Assembly: GCA_964526285.1 (NCBI GenBank)
Contig: CAZGIW010000002.1
Coordinates: 23,594-87,593 of the forward strand
DNA from: an uncultured Bacteroidales bacterium
GTDB taxonomy: Bacteria > Bacteroidota > Bacteroidia > Bacteroidales > DTU049
Reading direction: 5' to 3'
Length of the DNA: 64,000 nt
Shown: positions 1-10,469 of the stretch, one piece after another
How positions within the stretch are numbered: the first letter of the stretch is position 1
Layout of the letters: the number at the start of each line of letters is the position of its first letter
Notes under the pieces: model-generated
Seen by the model: only the letters and a program-made list of their open reading frames with translations
Database searches by the model: none
Told to the model about the DNA's origin: nothing
Position numbers and translations under genes: made by a program

Positions 1-1
1 A

Positions 2-772
2 TGTGCTTCAAAAGCATTGAAAAAATTTAAACATGTGTTTATTGAAAAACCTGTTGTAACAACCATTGAAGAGGCAAAATTGCTGATTGCAATAAGCCGT
101 GAAGCTGATGTGAAGGTACAGGTTGGACATGTGGAACGCTTCAATCCGGCATTTATATCAGTGAAAGATTTTATTCAGGAGCCATTGTTTATTGAAGGAC
201 ACAGACTTGCTCAGTTTAATCCCCGTGGAACAGATGTGCCTGTTGTGCTTGATTTGATGATACATGATATTGACATTGTGCTAAGTGTGGTGAATTCAAA
301 AGTAAAAAAAGTTTTTGCAAGTGGAGTGAAAATTGTAAGTGATACCCCTGATATTGCCAATGCAAGGCTGGAATTTGATAATGGATGTGTAGCCAATCTC
401 ACAGCCAGCAGAATTTCAATGAAAAATATGCGAAAATTAAGATTTTTTCAACCACACGCATATGTTTCTGTTGACTTTCTTGAAAAACAATCTGAAATTA
501 TCAGGATTAAAGATGCAGACAAAGAAACATTGAAAAATCCTTTTGCAATGGTGATTGACATGGGTGAAGATAAAAATAAAAAAGAAATCATTAGAGATGT
601 GCCTGAAGTGATCCCAATCAATGCTATTCAAACTGAATTGATAAGTTTTTGTGAGTCAATTTTAGATAATAAAAATCCTGTGGTAAGTATATTTGATGGG
701 TATTATGCTCTTGAAGTAGCTCATATGGTTCTTGCCAAAATCAATGAAAAAATTGATTTTTATGAAATATAG
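2..772 (+). CDS. Gfo/Idh/MocA family oxidoreductase (5' end outside window)
   Basis: The frame is open from nt 2 (..ASKALKKFKHVFIEKP..), so the TTG at 17 in the ORF track is internal. KHVFIEKP and VGHVERFNPAF are typical of this family. Confidence 0.8.
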   Translation, partial: CASKALKKFKHVFIEKPVVTTIEEAKLLIAISREADVKVQVGHVERFNPAFISVKDFIQEPLFIEGHRLAQFNPRGTDVPVVLDLMIHDIDIVLSVVNSKVKKVFASGVKIVSDTPDIANARLEFDNGCVANLTASRISMKNMRKLRFFQPHAYVSVDFLEKQSEIIRIKDADKETLKNPFAMVIDMGEDKNKKEIIRDVPEVIPINAIQTELISFCESILDNKNPVVSIFDGYYALEVAHMVLAKINEKIDFYEI

Positions 773-819
773 GATAATATTTTTTTGAAATTTTCGTTTG
801 CAGAAAAGATTATAACTGC

Positions 820-1686
820 GTGAATAAAAAATCGACCCCATTTTTACTTGTTTTATTTTTTATCTCTTTTTTTTTAAAATCATGCTCATGGTTTGATAAA
901 GAAGTTCAGGTTCCGGCATATATTTATATACCGGCATATACATTTGAGGCAAGTTCCGGAGAGGGAACATCAAGTCATAATATTACTGATGCATGGGTGT
1001 ATGTAAATGATCAGAAAATCGGTGCATTTGAATTGCCTGCTATGATTCCTGTTTTGGAATCTGGTGATTGCAATATTAAAGTATATGCGGGCATTAAGCT
1101 TAATGGAACTGCTGCAACCCGTGCAGCTTATACTTTCTATAATTTTTTTGAACAGGATGTGTATCTCATACCGGATAGTATCATTTCTATTGCCCCTCAT
1201 ACCACATATCTGGAAGGATTAACCTTCGAGTTTATTGAGGATTTTGAAACAGTGGGCTTGGTTTTTGAAAAAACCCAGAATAGTGATACAACTATCAATA
1301 AAATTAATGATCCTGTTCATGTATTTGAAGGAACTTCAAGCGGAGAAATTGCTCTTGCAGGTTCAATAAGAAATTGTATGATTAAGACCATTGATCACTA
1401 TGAACTACCTAAAACAGGTGGATTTAGCTTTATTGAACTTAACTGCAAAGGAACAATACCTTTTGTTGTGGGTGTTTATGCCAATATGGTAAATTTCTCA
1501 ACAGCACACGAAATTGTTTACGTTACTCCATCGGAAACCTGGAAAAAATTATACATAAATCTCACTCCAACTGTTTCAAGACATCAGAGTGCGTTGGATT
1601 TTGATATTTTTATTGCTACAGGTTTGTCAGAAGAAGAAAATTCAGGCAAGGTATGGCTTGACAATATTAAACTTGTCAGATATTAA
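820..1686 (+). CDS. hypothetical lipoprotein
   Basis: GTG start. Lipoprotein-type signal peptide (LLVLFFISFFLKSC). No family recognised. Sits 10 nt upstream of the sugar transferase gene. Confidence 0.5.
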   Translation: MNKKSTPFLLVLFFISFFLKSCSWFDKEVQVPAYIYIPAYTFEASSGEGTSSHNITDAWVYVNDQKIGAFELPAMIPVLESGDCNIKVYAGIKLNGTAATRAAYTFYNFFEQDVYLIPDSIISIAPHTTYLEGLTFEFIEDFETVGLVFEKTQNSDTTINKINDPVHVFEGTSSGEIALAGSIRNCMIKTIDHYELPKTGGFSFIELNCKGTIPFVVGVYANMVNFSTAHEIVYVTPSETWKKLYINLTPTVSRHQSALDFDIFIATGLSEEENSGKVWLDNIKLVRY

Positions 1687-1695
1687 CAGCTCCGC

Positions 1696-3114
1696 ATGAA
1701 CAGACTTAAACAAACTCTTAAGTATATTTTCTGGGATTGGTTAACAGCTATTACTGCATGGTCATTGTTTTTCTTTTATAGAAAAAAGGAATTTTACAGC
1801 TATTTTGACGAATCTGTTGAGTCTGTTATTTCAGATCCAAAATTCTATTATAGCATTATACTTATTCCCGTTTTCTGGTTGATTTTATATACTCTCATTG
1901 GCTCATACAGACACATTTTCAGAAGATCCAGAATCAAAGAAATGGGGCAGGTGCTTTTGGCTACTCTTATCGGTGTCACAATAATATTCTTTGCATTTAT
2001 ACTGGATGATACAATTGTTTCTTATAAAGATTACTATAAGTTTTATTTGTTTTTGTTCTTTGTTCATTTTCTTTTAACTGCAACTGTGAGGTTTATCCTT
2101 ACAATGATTACCAATAAAAGTATTCATAAGGGAAAATTGGGATTCAACACGCTGATGATTGGATCAAACGGGAATGCCCTGAAGGTATATTCAGAAATTA
2201 CAAATCAACCTGTTTATTCAGGGAATAAATTTATTGGTTATATACATATCAATCAGGAAACTCAGGACATGATGAAAGATATTCTCCCATGTCTTGGTCA
2301 AATCGAAGAAATTCAGGCAATTGTTGAAGAGCATAAGATTGAGGAAATTATTATTGCCATTGACCCTGCCCAACATCACATCATAGAAAAGATTCTTCTT
2401 GAATCATATAGCCTGAAGGTAATGATTAAGATTATGCCTGATTTTAAAGATATCATTGCTGGTTCTGTGAGATATAGTGCAATCTATAACACGCCTCTGA
2501 TTCAGTTACCCGATGAGATAATGCCCATTTGGCAACAGGTTGCAAAACGGGTAATTGATGTTGTTGTATCTTCTCTTGTGTTGATAATCTTCTTTCCATT
2601 ATATTTGTTTCTTGCCATTGGAGTGAAAAGATCATCCAAAGGACCTGTTTTTTATTCTCATGAACGTATTGGACTTAGGGGCAAACCTTTTCAGATTTTT
2701 AAATTCCGCTCTATGGTTGTTAATGCAGAAGCTGGAGGCACACCCCAACTATCCAACAAAGAAGACCCCCGGGTAACCAAATTTGGCAGGTTTATGAGAA
2801 AATACAGACTGGATGAGATTCCTCAATTTTATAATGTTATTAAAGGAGAAATGACTCTGGTTGGACCAAGACCTGAACGACAGTTTTATATTGATCAAAT
2901 TGTACAGCAGGCTCCGCATTATCGCCTTTTACATCGTGTAAAACCAGGTATAACAAGCTGGGGACAAGTCAAATATGGATATGCCGAAAATGTGGATGAA
3001 ATGATTGCCAGAATGAAATACGATCTCTTATACATTGAAAATATGTCCCTGGCAACGGATTTTAAAATACTTTTTTATACAATTCTTACTGTAATCAAAG
3101 GTACAGGAAAATAA
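1696..3114 (+). CDS. polyprenyl-phosphate sugar phosphotransferase (bacterial sugar transferase, WbaP/WcaJ-like)
   Basis: N-terminal TM bundle. C-terminal domain has the motifs KRVIDVVVSSLVLIIFFPL, FKFRSM, PRVTKFGRFMRKYRLDEIPQF and LVGPRPE. Confidence 0.85.
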   Translation: MNRLKQTLKYIFWDWLTAITAWSLFFFYRKKEFYSYFDESVESVISDPKFYYSIILIPVFWLILYTLIGSYRHIFRRSRIKEMGQVLLATLIGVTIIFFAFILDDTIVSYKDYYKFYLFLFFVHFLLTATVRFILTMITNKSIHKGKLGFNTLMIGSNGNALKVYSEITNQPVYSGNKFIGYIHINQETQDMMKDILPCLGQIEEIQAIVEEHKIEEIIIAIDPAQHHIIEKILLESYSLKVMIKIMPDFKDIIAGSVRYSAIYNTPLIQLPDEIMPIWQQVAKRVIDVVVSSLVLIIFFPLYLFLAIGVKRSSKGPVFYSHERIGLRGKPFQIFKFRSMVVNAEAGGTPQLSNKEDPRVTKFGRFMRKYRLDEIPQFYNVIKGEMTLVGPRPERQFYIDQIVQQAPHYRLLHRVKPGITSWGQVKYGYAENVDEMIARMKYDLLYIENMSLATDFKILFYTILTVIKGTGK

Positions 3115-3152
3115 GAAAAAAATGAACTGCAGAGCTGTGCTGTAACAAAGGT

Positions 3153-3761
3153 TTATTTTCTTGCCTCAAAATATGCATCCAGCAATTTTGCCACATATTT
3201 TCCAAACACATCAAATTCAATATTAACAATTGATCCTGGTTTGAAATTGTGAAAATTGGTTACATCATATGTGTATGGAATAATTGCAACAGAAAACATG
3301 CCCTTTTCAGAGTCAACAACTGTCAGACTTACTCCGTTGACTGAAATTGACCCTTTATCAACAGTGATGTTCCCTTTTTCCGAATCATATTGAAAGTAAA
3401 ATTTCCAACTGCCATCCAATTCTTCAACCTTGATGCATTCAGCTGTTTGATCAACATGCCCCTGCACAATGTGCCCGTCAAATCTGCCTCCAACAACAAC
3501 ACTGCGCTCAAGATTAACCTCATATCCTGCATCCCAGGTTCGCAAATTCGTTTTGTCTAGTGTTTCCTGAATGGCTGTAACAACATATGTGTTTTCTACA
3601 GGTGAAACTTTAACCACAGTCAAACAAACTCCATCATGAGACATGCTTTGATCAACTTTTAATTCAGTTGCAATTTCTGTTTCAATTGTAAAATGAATAT
3701 TGCCTCCTTCTTTTTCAATTTGGACAACTTTTCCTGTTTTTTCTACAATTCCGCTAAACAT
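3153..3761 (-). CDS. ribE: riboflavin synthase alpha chain
   Basis: MFSGIVE start. Two lumazine-binding repeats (SMSHDGVCLTV; GGRFDGHIVQGHVD). Confidence 0.9.
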   Translation of the reverse strand: MFSGIVEKTGKVVQIEKEGGNIHFTIETEIATELKVDQSMSHDGVCLTVVKVSPVENTYVVTAIQETLDKTNLRTWDAGYEVNLERSVVVGGRFDGHIVQGHVDQTAECIKVEELDGSWKFYFQYDSEKGNITVDKGSISVNGVSLTVVDSEKGMFSVAIIPYTYDVTNFHNFKPGSIVNIEFDVFGKYVAKLLDAYFEARK

Positions 3762-3778
3762 ATTTTTGTTTTTTTATA

Positions 3779-6412
3779 TTAATAAATCTTTTCCTGTGGA
3801 TTGCGAAGTACAGTTACACTGCCTGTAAGTGTGCGTTGTGTTAAACCGCTTAGTCGTATCTCCCATACTTCACAAATATAAAAATATGTACCCTCAGATA
3901 CATCCTGATAATTTTGATAATGTTTTCCGTCCCAGCCAACTGCAGGATCTTCTGTGGCAAAAACAACTTTGCCCCAGCGATTGAATACCTGAAGGTCTAT
4001 TCTCTCTACAAAATCATAGGGAAAAGGAATCCAGTAATCATTGTATCCATCTCCGTTGGGTGTAAATATATTTGGTAACCTGTAAAGAGAACACTCATCA
4101 ATATCAATACAAACTGTATCCGAAAAAGCACTCACATTGCCTACGCTGTCAACAGCTGCTATTGAATAACATCCCGCAATGGTTTGACCAATTTCATGTC
4201 TCCAAAACAAAACCCATGGGTCTTCAATTGTATTAATCAAATTCATTTCCCCTCCTTCTAAAGCTGAAAAATAAATCAAATATTTCTCCGTATCTCCGGA
4301 ATAATCACAGTCTGTAATGGGATTGTTCCATCTTAGTAAATTGGATGGTATATCGCATTCAGGTGTAACCGTAAGATCAGGAGTACATGGGGGAACCATG
4401 TCAATGGGAATCTCACAGTTTATCTGAGAAAAATTAATAATAGGGTCAATAAAACCCGGAGTAAAGTAACTTGCAGTGGATTTTACTTTGTAACAGTACT
4501 CGAAACCGTTTTCCAGTCCCGAATCTGTAAAAGAATTTGTGGTTGAAATACCAACAGAATCAAATGTCATCGTGGCCTCGTTGTATCTGTATATTGTAAA
4601 TAAATATTCTGTCCATGGTACAAACTCCTGCCAATTGAGAATCAAGGCCTGATCAAATGGGAGAATACTGAGAAATATGGAGGTACTGCTTACTGTGCTG
4701 CCAATGAATTCAGGAGGATTGTAACTTATGTCAAACATGTCAATTCTGTATGTCCATGGGTCATCTCTGGTATTGATAAGTGTGTCAATGAATGTTGTAT
4801 CGTTGATGTTATTTAATATATCAATTTCGTAAAAGTTGGTAGAATTAAATCCTCTTGCTCTCTGAATCCGATATTCATAGGGTCCGGGATAAACAATTGT
4901 GTCAAGGGCCGATGGCTTGCTCCATGCAACATATACAGAGCCATCTGTGGGATGTGTCTCACGAATACTGATATTGGTAATAACAGGCACATTCTTTAAT
5001 AAAATGGCACATGCCTCATTTGAAGCATAACTCTCTGCCCCGTCAGGAAAAATTGCAATAACCATATAGCAATATTCGGGACCGTGACTAAGTCCTATGC
5101 CATTATTATTATCAATGAATGTGGTGTCGTTGATGTTATAGGTTTGTCCAATATAAGAATAACCAGTATAAGCCGGAACTCCTGTTTCGCAATGTGCAGG
5201 CACAAATCCATATGAGCCCATGCGCCTGTATATTTTATATCCAACTGCATTGTCGCAGGGACTCTTGTTCCAGTTAAGTCCTATGCTGTTTGGCAGAGGC
5301 GTTGCTGTTAAATTTTCAGGAGCAGGTGCTACAACTTTAATCATGGTAGTTTTGATATCAATGAGATTAACTTCGTTATTGTTATCCTGAAGTCTGAAAT
5401 ATACTATCCATGGGTTTTTTCTAACATGCGAACAATTGGTCTGCCAGTTAAAAGTGCCTGTTACAGGGGGATATCCATTTTGAGGGTTGAATTGTGCAGG
5501 ACTTGAAGGAGTATCAAAAGGACCTCCATTTGCAGTAAGTGTAAGATAATCGTTGTCAGGATCATTGCCTGTGACATTGAATGTGATGAAATCACCTGCA
5601 TTGACACACAGTTCGTCAATGACATCAATCGCCGGAGGTTGGTTGTTGCATGCCAGAATATTGATCTGCATGTCACGTGTGATGGCACTCATCAATACTC
5701 CGCTGCGATATTCTTCTATGAGAATTGCTACGTTATATTCTCCCTGCATCATTGGGCTATCCCATGTAAGTGTTCCGCTTATGGGGTCAATGGAAAAACT
5801 ATTTGATGCCTGAGGATATGTGTATCCAAGAATATTGAGACCATCTTCTCCGCGACATGGAATTAAACGATAAGACAATGAATCCCCGTCAGGGTCATAG
5901 GCTCCTGGATTATGATAAAAAGGAACCCCAACACACCCTTCGTCAATGGGAGGGAAAGTGAGAACAGGAGAACTGTTGGGGCCAAGTAATGGATTTACCA
6001 GAATTGTTGTACTGATAAACATTGGAACATTGACAGAATATGGAATGTTGATAACCCCTCCGTTACGGTTGGGATCTTCCATGGTTACCTCATATAATCC
6101 TGGTGTTTGATATGTGTGCACCCCTACATACACGTTTTTAGTGATGTTGACTGCACCGGGCACAGGTGTTTTTTCTATTCTGGCAACTGTTGTTGATGTT
6201 CCATCTCCCCAATTGATATCAAGAGAAGGTCGGTCAGCTGGACTGGGAGTATATGTGTAACTTACCAATGTAAACTCATAGGTATAGTCAGTTGAGTTAA
6301 TCCCAATATGACGAAATGTAATTTCAGCAGCACGCTGATGTGTCCCGAAAACAGAAAAAACTGCAACGAAAAACAATAAAAACAAACTTAACTTTGCTGC
6401 CAAATGGTTCAT
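3779..6412 (-). CDS. large secreted surface protein with T9SS type B (gliding motility-associated, CHU_C) C-terminal sorting domain
   Basis: C-terminus reads LPNIFTPNGDGYNDYWIP...VFNRWGKVVF...GWDGK. Signal peptide follows the ATG at 6412 (the track start at 6430 is TTG). Ig/FN3-like repeats. Confidence 0.8.
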   Translation of the reverse strand: MNHLAAKLSLFLLFFVAVFSVFGTHQRAAEITFRHIGINSTDYTYEFTLVSYTYTPSPADRPSLDINWGDGTSTTVARIEKTPVPGAVNITKNVYVGVHTYQTPGLYEVTMEDPNRNGGVINIPYSVNVPMFISTTILVNPLLGPNSSPVLTFPPIDEGCVGVPFYHNPGAYDPDGDSLSYRLIPCRGEDGLNILGYTYPQASNSFSIDPISGTLTWDSPMMQGEYNVAILIEEYRSGVLMSAITRDMQINILACNNQPPAIDVIDELCVNAGDFITFNVTGNDPDNDYLTLTANGGPFDTPSSPAQFNPQNGYPPVTGTFNWQTNCSHVRKNPWIVYFRLQDNNNEVNLIDIKTTMIKVVAPAPENLTATPLPNSIGLNWNKSPCDNAVGYKIYRRMGSYGFVPAHCETGVPAYTGYSYIGQTYNINDTTFIDNNNGIGLSHGPEYCYMVIAIFPDGAESYASNEACAILLKNVPVITNISIRETHPTDGSVYVAWSKPSALDTIVYPGPYEYRIQRARGFNSTNFYEIDILNNINDTTFIDTLINTRDDPWTYRIDMFDISYNPPEFIGSTVSSTSIFLSILPFDQALILNWQEFVPWTEYLFTIYRYNEATMTFDSVGISTTNSFTDSGLENGFEYCYKVKSTASYFTPGFIDPIINFSQINCEIPIDMVPPCTPDLTVTPECDIPSNLLRWNNPITDCDYSGDTEKYLIYFSALEGGEMNLINTIEDPWVLFWRHEIGQTIAGCYSIAAVDSVGNVSAFSDTVCIDIDECSLYRLPNIFTPNGDGYNDYWIPFPYDFVERIDLQVFNRWGKVVFATEDPAVGWDGKHYQNYQDVSEGTYFYICEVWEIRLSGLTQRTLTGSVTVLRNPQEKIY

Positions 6413-6468
6413 GATTATTATAAAGTACAAATATACAACATTTTTTCAATAAAGACAATCCTGAAAAA

Positions 6469-7374
6469 TTATTTGTTTGTCAATTTTCTGAACAATTCTT
6501 CAATGCTCGACTTCCCCTTTTCCATTGATAACACTGTTGTGTCATGCTCAACCGCATATCGGAAAACCTCTTTTCTGATGTCTGTATCTGCCTGTGCATG
6601 AATTTCCCATTTAAGCTCATCTTCTGATTTGCACAAAACAATACCCTTTATTTTCATCAGTTGGTTTTTGTTTGCCTTTTTGTCAAATTCAACATAAATA
6701 ATGTTGGAACCCGATTTCTCTTTCAAATTTGCTAATGTGTCATCTGCAATTATCTTTCCGTGGTCAATTATAATTGCCCTCGAACAAATGGCTTCCACTT
6801 CCTGCATAATATGCGTGGAAAGTAAAACGGTTTTCTCTTTGCCGATTTGAGTAATGAGATTTCTGATCTCAATAATCTGATTGGGGTCAAGTCCGGATGT
6901 GGGCTCGTCAAGTATCAGTACTTCAGGATTGTGTATCAATGCCTGAGCCAACCCAACTCTCTGACGATAACCTTTTGATAATTGACCAATCTTCTTCTTT
7001 TGTTCAATATCAAGTCCTGTCAATTCAATCATCTCCTGAACCCTTTGTTTCTTATTGCGAAGTTTATGTACTGAAGCAATGAACAAAAGAAATTCATGAA
7101 CATACATTTCAAGATATAATGGATTGTGTTCGGCAAGATAACCAATTCTTCTGCGAACCTCCAAAGGAGACTCAAGCACATTAATGTCACACACTTTTGC
7201 AATTCCCTCGTTTGGAGGAATAAAACAGGTGAGAATCTTCATTAACGTGGATTTGCCTGCCCCATTGGGACCAAGCAATCCAACAACTTCTCCTGAAAGT
7301 ATACTGAAATTGGCAGAATCAACAGCTCTCTGAGTCCCGTATAGCTTTGTAACATTGTTTACTGTAATTGACAT
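6469..7374 (-). CDS. gldA: ABC transporter ATP-binding protein, GldA-like
   Basis: Walker A GPNGAGKST, signature LSKGYRQR, Walker B LILDEPTSGLD. The N-terminal region closely follows my memory of Flavobacterium GldA (GYLAEHNPLYLEMYV). Confidence 0.7.
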   Translation of the reverse strand: MSITVNNVTKLYGTQRAVDSANFSILSGEVVGLLGPNGAGKSTLMKILTCFIPPNEGIAKVCDINVLESPLEVRRRIGYLAEHNPLYLEMYVHEFLLFIASVHKLRNKKQRVQEMIELTGLDIEQKKKIGQLSKGYRQRVGLAQALIHNPEVLILDEPTSGLDPNQIIEIRNLITQIGKEKTVLLSTHIMQEVEAICSRAIIIDHGKIIADDTLANLKEKSGSNIIYVEFDKKANKNQLMKIKGIVLCKSEDELKWEIHAQADTDIRKEVFRYAVEHDTTVLSMEKGKSSIEELFRKLTNK

Positions 7375-7421
7375 CTCTGTACTGTTTTATAAAAAAGCAA
7401 AAATAAGCATTTTCAATGAAC

Positions 7422-10226
7422 CTAATAACTGTACACTCCGTATTTTGAACGATAAAACTTTTTCTCCTCCTCGCTAAGGTTTGTTAATATGCGTACCTGA
7501 GGTATTTCTCTTGCAACCCTGCGAATTTCTTTTGATGAACTGGATGATGGCATAATAAGCACTTTGAGCGACTGACAGGTGTGTAAATGATGGAGGTCAC
7601 TGCCAATATATCCCGATATATCAAGATATTCAAGTGATGGTAGTTCAGAAATAAAGTCAAGTGAACTAAAATCTTGTTGAATGGCAAGATATCTTAACTT
7701 TTTTAGTTCCTTCAATTGCGAAAGATTTGTTTCTTCTCCATAAAATGTTGATAATGTCAGTGCTTCGAGATTCTTTAACTTCGTGAGTGGACTTATGTCT
7801 GAAATATAACTGTAGCTCAAATGCAAATATTTTAATGATGACAGGTTTTCTATGCCATTTAAATTCAAATTGCTATTGCTGGATAAGTCAAGTTCAGTTA
7901 TTGAGGTGCACTTTGAAATGTGACTGATGTTAATAATCTCATTATTCGTGGCATGAAGCACCTTCAATCCGGGAAAATTTTCTATGCCTTTCAGATGAGA
8001 TAAACTGTTTTCACTAACATCAAGATGTGTAATATGTTGCAAAACAGCTTTGTCAATATTGCTGTGGCCAGGAATGACAATATTGTTGAATAATACAATG
8101 CTGTCTGAAAAATATGTGAGAGACTGAAGTCCGGTGCTCCTTAGTGTCACTCTTTGAAGATTGGGTGCATTTGAAATCAGTATGGCTAAATTTCCGTGCA
8201 TGCTCAGGTTGTTGTTGTAGGATAAATCAATTTCCTCAAGTGCAGGGCATATGGGTAGGGTTGAAAAATCAGCTTCTGGAAGACTCCTGATTTCAAGTTT
8301 TTTCAGATTTTCCATTTTTTCAAGTGTGCTCAAATCACGAACCTGTGTAAATGAAATGTTGAGTGATTCAACATTTTGAAGTTGTGCAAGAAAGCCAATG
8401 CTTTCAACCGGATTCATTGATATGTCAACTTGCTTCAGCCCGGGATAATTCACAAGATGACCCATGTGCAAAATGTCGTTGTTGCTGAGATTCAAATTCT
8501 CCAGCTCAGGAAAAACAGAGAGTTTGTCAATGTCTTCAATTCTCATATCTGTCAAAGATAGCTTTTGTAACTTATTGAATGCAGAAAGTTGTTCAATCCA
8601 TGCAGAGTTGTTTGGTTGAGAGTTGTGAATACTTAAGCCCTTTAACCCTTTAAACTCTGTAATCAGGCTGATATCAAAATCACTTTTATTGTTGATTTCA
8701 AAATTCTTTAATGTTCCGGATTCATATAAACGCCTGATTTTATTAATGGTGCCACCTTCGGAAATACTGAATGACTTCCATGATGTTTCCCGGTTTTTGG
8801 CAAGCAAATCGTAGGTCTTTGAATATATAATGTCCGTGAGTAAAGGTCGTTGCCAGTAAAATGATGAATATGTGAAAAATGTTCTGCTTTTTAATGAAGG
8901 ATTGATGCGTTCGCCCGCCGGATTACTTTCAATGTATTGAAGAAGATGGGGTAATCCGGCACTGTTCATGTCAACCAAATAGTCTATGTCTGGATGTTCG
9001 CTGTTTTTTAAGTTGAATTTTGTGATAACAGCATCCCAGTTGAACAAACTAACAGCAATAAACACAATTAAAATAGCGAAACTGTTGGAACGGAACAAAT
9101 AATAAATGTTTTTTGTCCTTAATATCTTAATGAAGGCAGTAATCAAGCCAATTACAAGTAGTGCAAGCAGCATAAAAATAATAATTCTTCTGTATGTCAG
9201 TGCATAAGTGGAAATATAAATGCCGTTTCTCAATGCACATGAAAGTGCCATAAATATGTTCTGGATTATCCATGCATATGCAAGTATTTTAAGCGATTTG
9301 TTTTTCTCAATAAAATTTAATTTTCCTCTGAACATTAATAAAATCAATAAAATAGCCATCACACATGAGAAAATCAATGTAAAAATACCTTTGTGAAGAT
9401 ATTCGGCATATGTGAATCCCTCCGGAAGTTTCATGCCTGTCCAGACAAATGATATGTCAAGCACATTAATGGCAAGAATCATAAAATTGAGTAATGCAAA
9501 TAGCACAACTCCCGATTGTAGTTCAATTTTTTCGTCAAGTGAAAACCACAGAAAACGATTTTTTGAAGCTTCAATCTTTTCCCTGTTAGTTTGTGTGTTG
9601 CTTACTGTTTCAAAAAAGTCCCATTTTTTGATATATCTTGTGTACATAAAACCATACACAAGCAAAAAACCAAGCAATGTGAACATAATCCACTCAAACG
9701 AAATAAAATCAAGATTGATGAATTTGGTAATTTCCTTAAACAGTGGGTTGGCCGACTGATACAAAAAGAAAAACATGGCAACCACAATAAAAATGAAAAC
9801 ACCCATTGTGATTACAGCTCCCCATTTGATTTTTCTTTTTCGTTTCTCCTCACCTGTTCTTCTGCGTATCACAGCATCGGCAATGACAAATCCAGGCGAT
9901 GACAAATATGAAAATGTAGCGTAGGATATGGCTGCAAAAGGAGATGAGTTGAGGCTTATACTCACACCTGCCAGATAGGATATGGCGAAGTAGAAACCAA
10001 AAACCGATAATGTGGTGGAATTGAGAAATACCGAAAATCCAGTTAAACCCGTTATCCCCACGCCCAGCAACCATAATTTGTTTTTTACCAGTTCGGGCTT
10101 GTAAATGCCAAGCAAAACAGGCATAATCAATGAAAATAAAAAGAAATTAAGACCTGCGCCCTGTTTGTAAAACAAAAAACTAAACAGCGCAGTGCCAATA
10201 ATCAGGATTAAATCATTCTTTTTCAT
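7422..10226 (-). CDS. polytopic membrane protein (DUF4173-like N-terminal half) fused to a C-terminal leucine-rich repeat domain
   Basis: About 11-12 hydrophobic segments in residues 1-400. Residues about 505-905 carry about 16 internalin-type LRRs (LxxLxxLxLSxNxI). Confidence 0.7.
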   Translation of the reverse strand: MKKNDLILIIGTALFSFLFYKQGAGLNFFLFSLIMPVLLGIYKPELVKNKLWLLGVGITGLTGFSVFLNSTTLSVFGFYFAISYLAGVSISLNSSPFAAISYATFSYLSSPGFVIADAVIRRRTGEEKRKRKIKWGAVITMGVFIFIVVAMFFFLYQSANPLFKEITKFINLDFISFEWIMFTLLGFLLVYGFMYTRYIKKWDFFETVSNTQTNREKIEASKNRFLWFSLDEKIELQSGVVLFALLNFMILAINVLDISFVWTGMKLPEGFTYAEYLHKGIFTLIFSCVMAILLILLMFRGKLNFIEKNKSLKILAYAWIIQNIFMALSCALRNGIYISTYALTYRRIIIFMLLALLVIGLITAFIKILRTKNIYYLFRSNSFAILIVFIAVSLFNWDAVITKFNLKNSEHPDIDYLVDMNSAGLPHLLQYIESNPAGERINPSLKSRTFFTYSSFYWQRPLLTDIIYSKTYDLLAKNRETSWKSFSISEGGTINKIRRLYESGTLKNFEINNKSDFDISLITEFKGLKGLSIHNSQPNNSAWIEQLSAFNKLQKLSLTDMRIEDIDKLSVFPELENLNLSNNDILHMGHLVNYPGLKQVDISMNPVESIGFLAQLQNVESLNISFTQVRDLSTLEKMENLKKLEIRSLPEADFSTLPICPALEEIDLSYNNNLSMHGNLAILISNAPNLQRVTLRSTGLQSLTYFSDSIVLFNNIVIPGHSNIDKAVLQHITHLDVSENSLSHLKGIENFPGLKVLHATNNEIINISHISKCTSITELDLSSNSNLNLNGIENLSSLKYLHLSYSYISDISPLTKLKNLEALTLSTFYGEETNLSQLKELKKLRYLAIQQDFSSLDFISELPSLEYLDISGYIGSDLHHLHTCQSLKVLIMPSSSSSKEIRRVAREIPQVRILTNLSEEEKKFYRSKYGVYSY

Positions 10227-10469
10227 GATGTCATATTTTTTTTAAAATGTATAAACGAGAGATAAACTCAAATATTATCATTTATCATAATGTAAAAGTA
10301 GAAAAAAACAGGAGATAGTTTGGTAATGTAAAATGAAACGAATACTACAAATTATAATTTCCTTTTTTAAATCTACTGAGACCTCTGTCTCAGCACAATA
10401 TAGCTGAAACATAATAAAAGTCGTCACCTTTTTTTGCGACTTCATTTCACAAGGTGTATCCCTTATAGA

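Noticed and set aside
6469-7374. Incomplete gliding ABC transporter (gldA without gldF/gldG)
   Set aside because: In Flavobacterium johnsoniae, gldA is also unlinked to gldFG. A lone gldA is therefore not anomalous.
9412-10074. Several 66-115-aa ORFs on both strands inside the DUF4173/LRR gene
   Set aside because: They are nested within a long, continuous 934-codon frame with coherent TM and LRR architecture. They show no independent signals.
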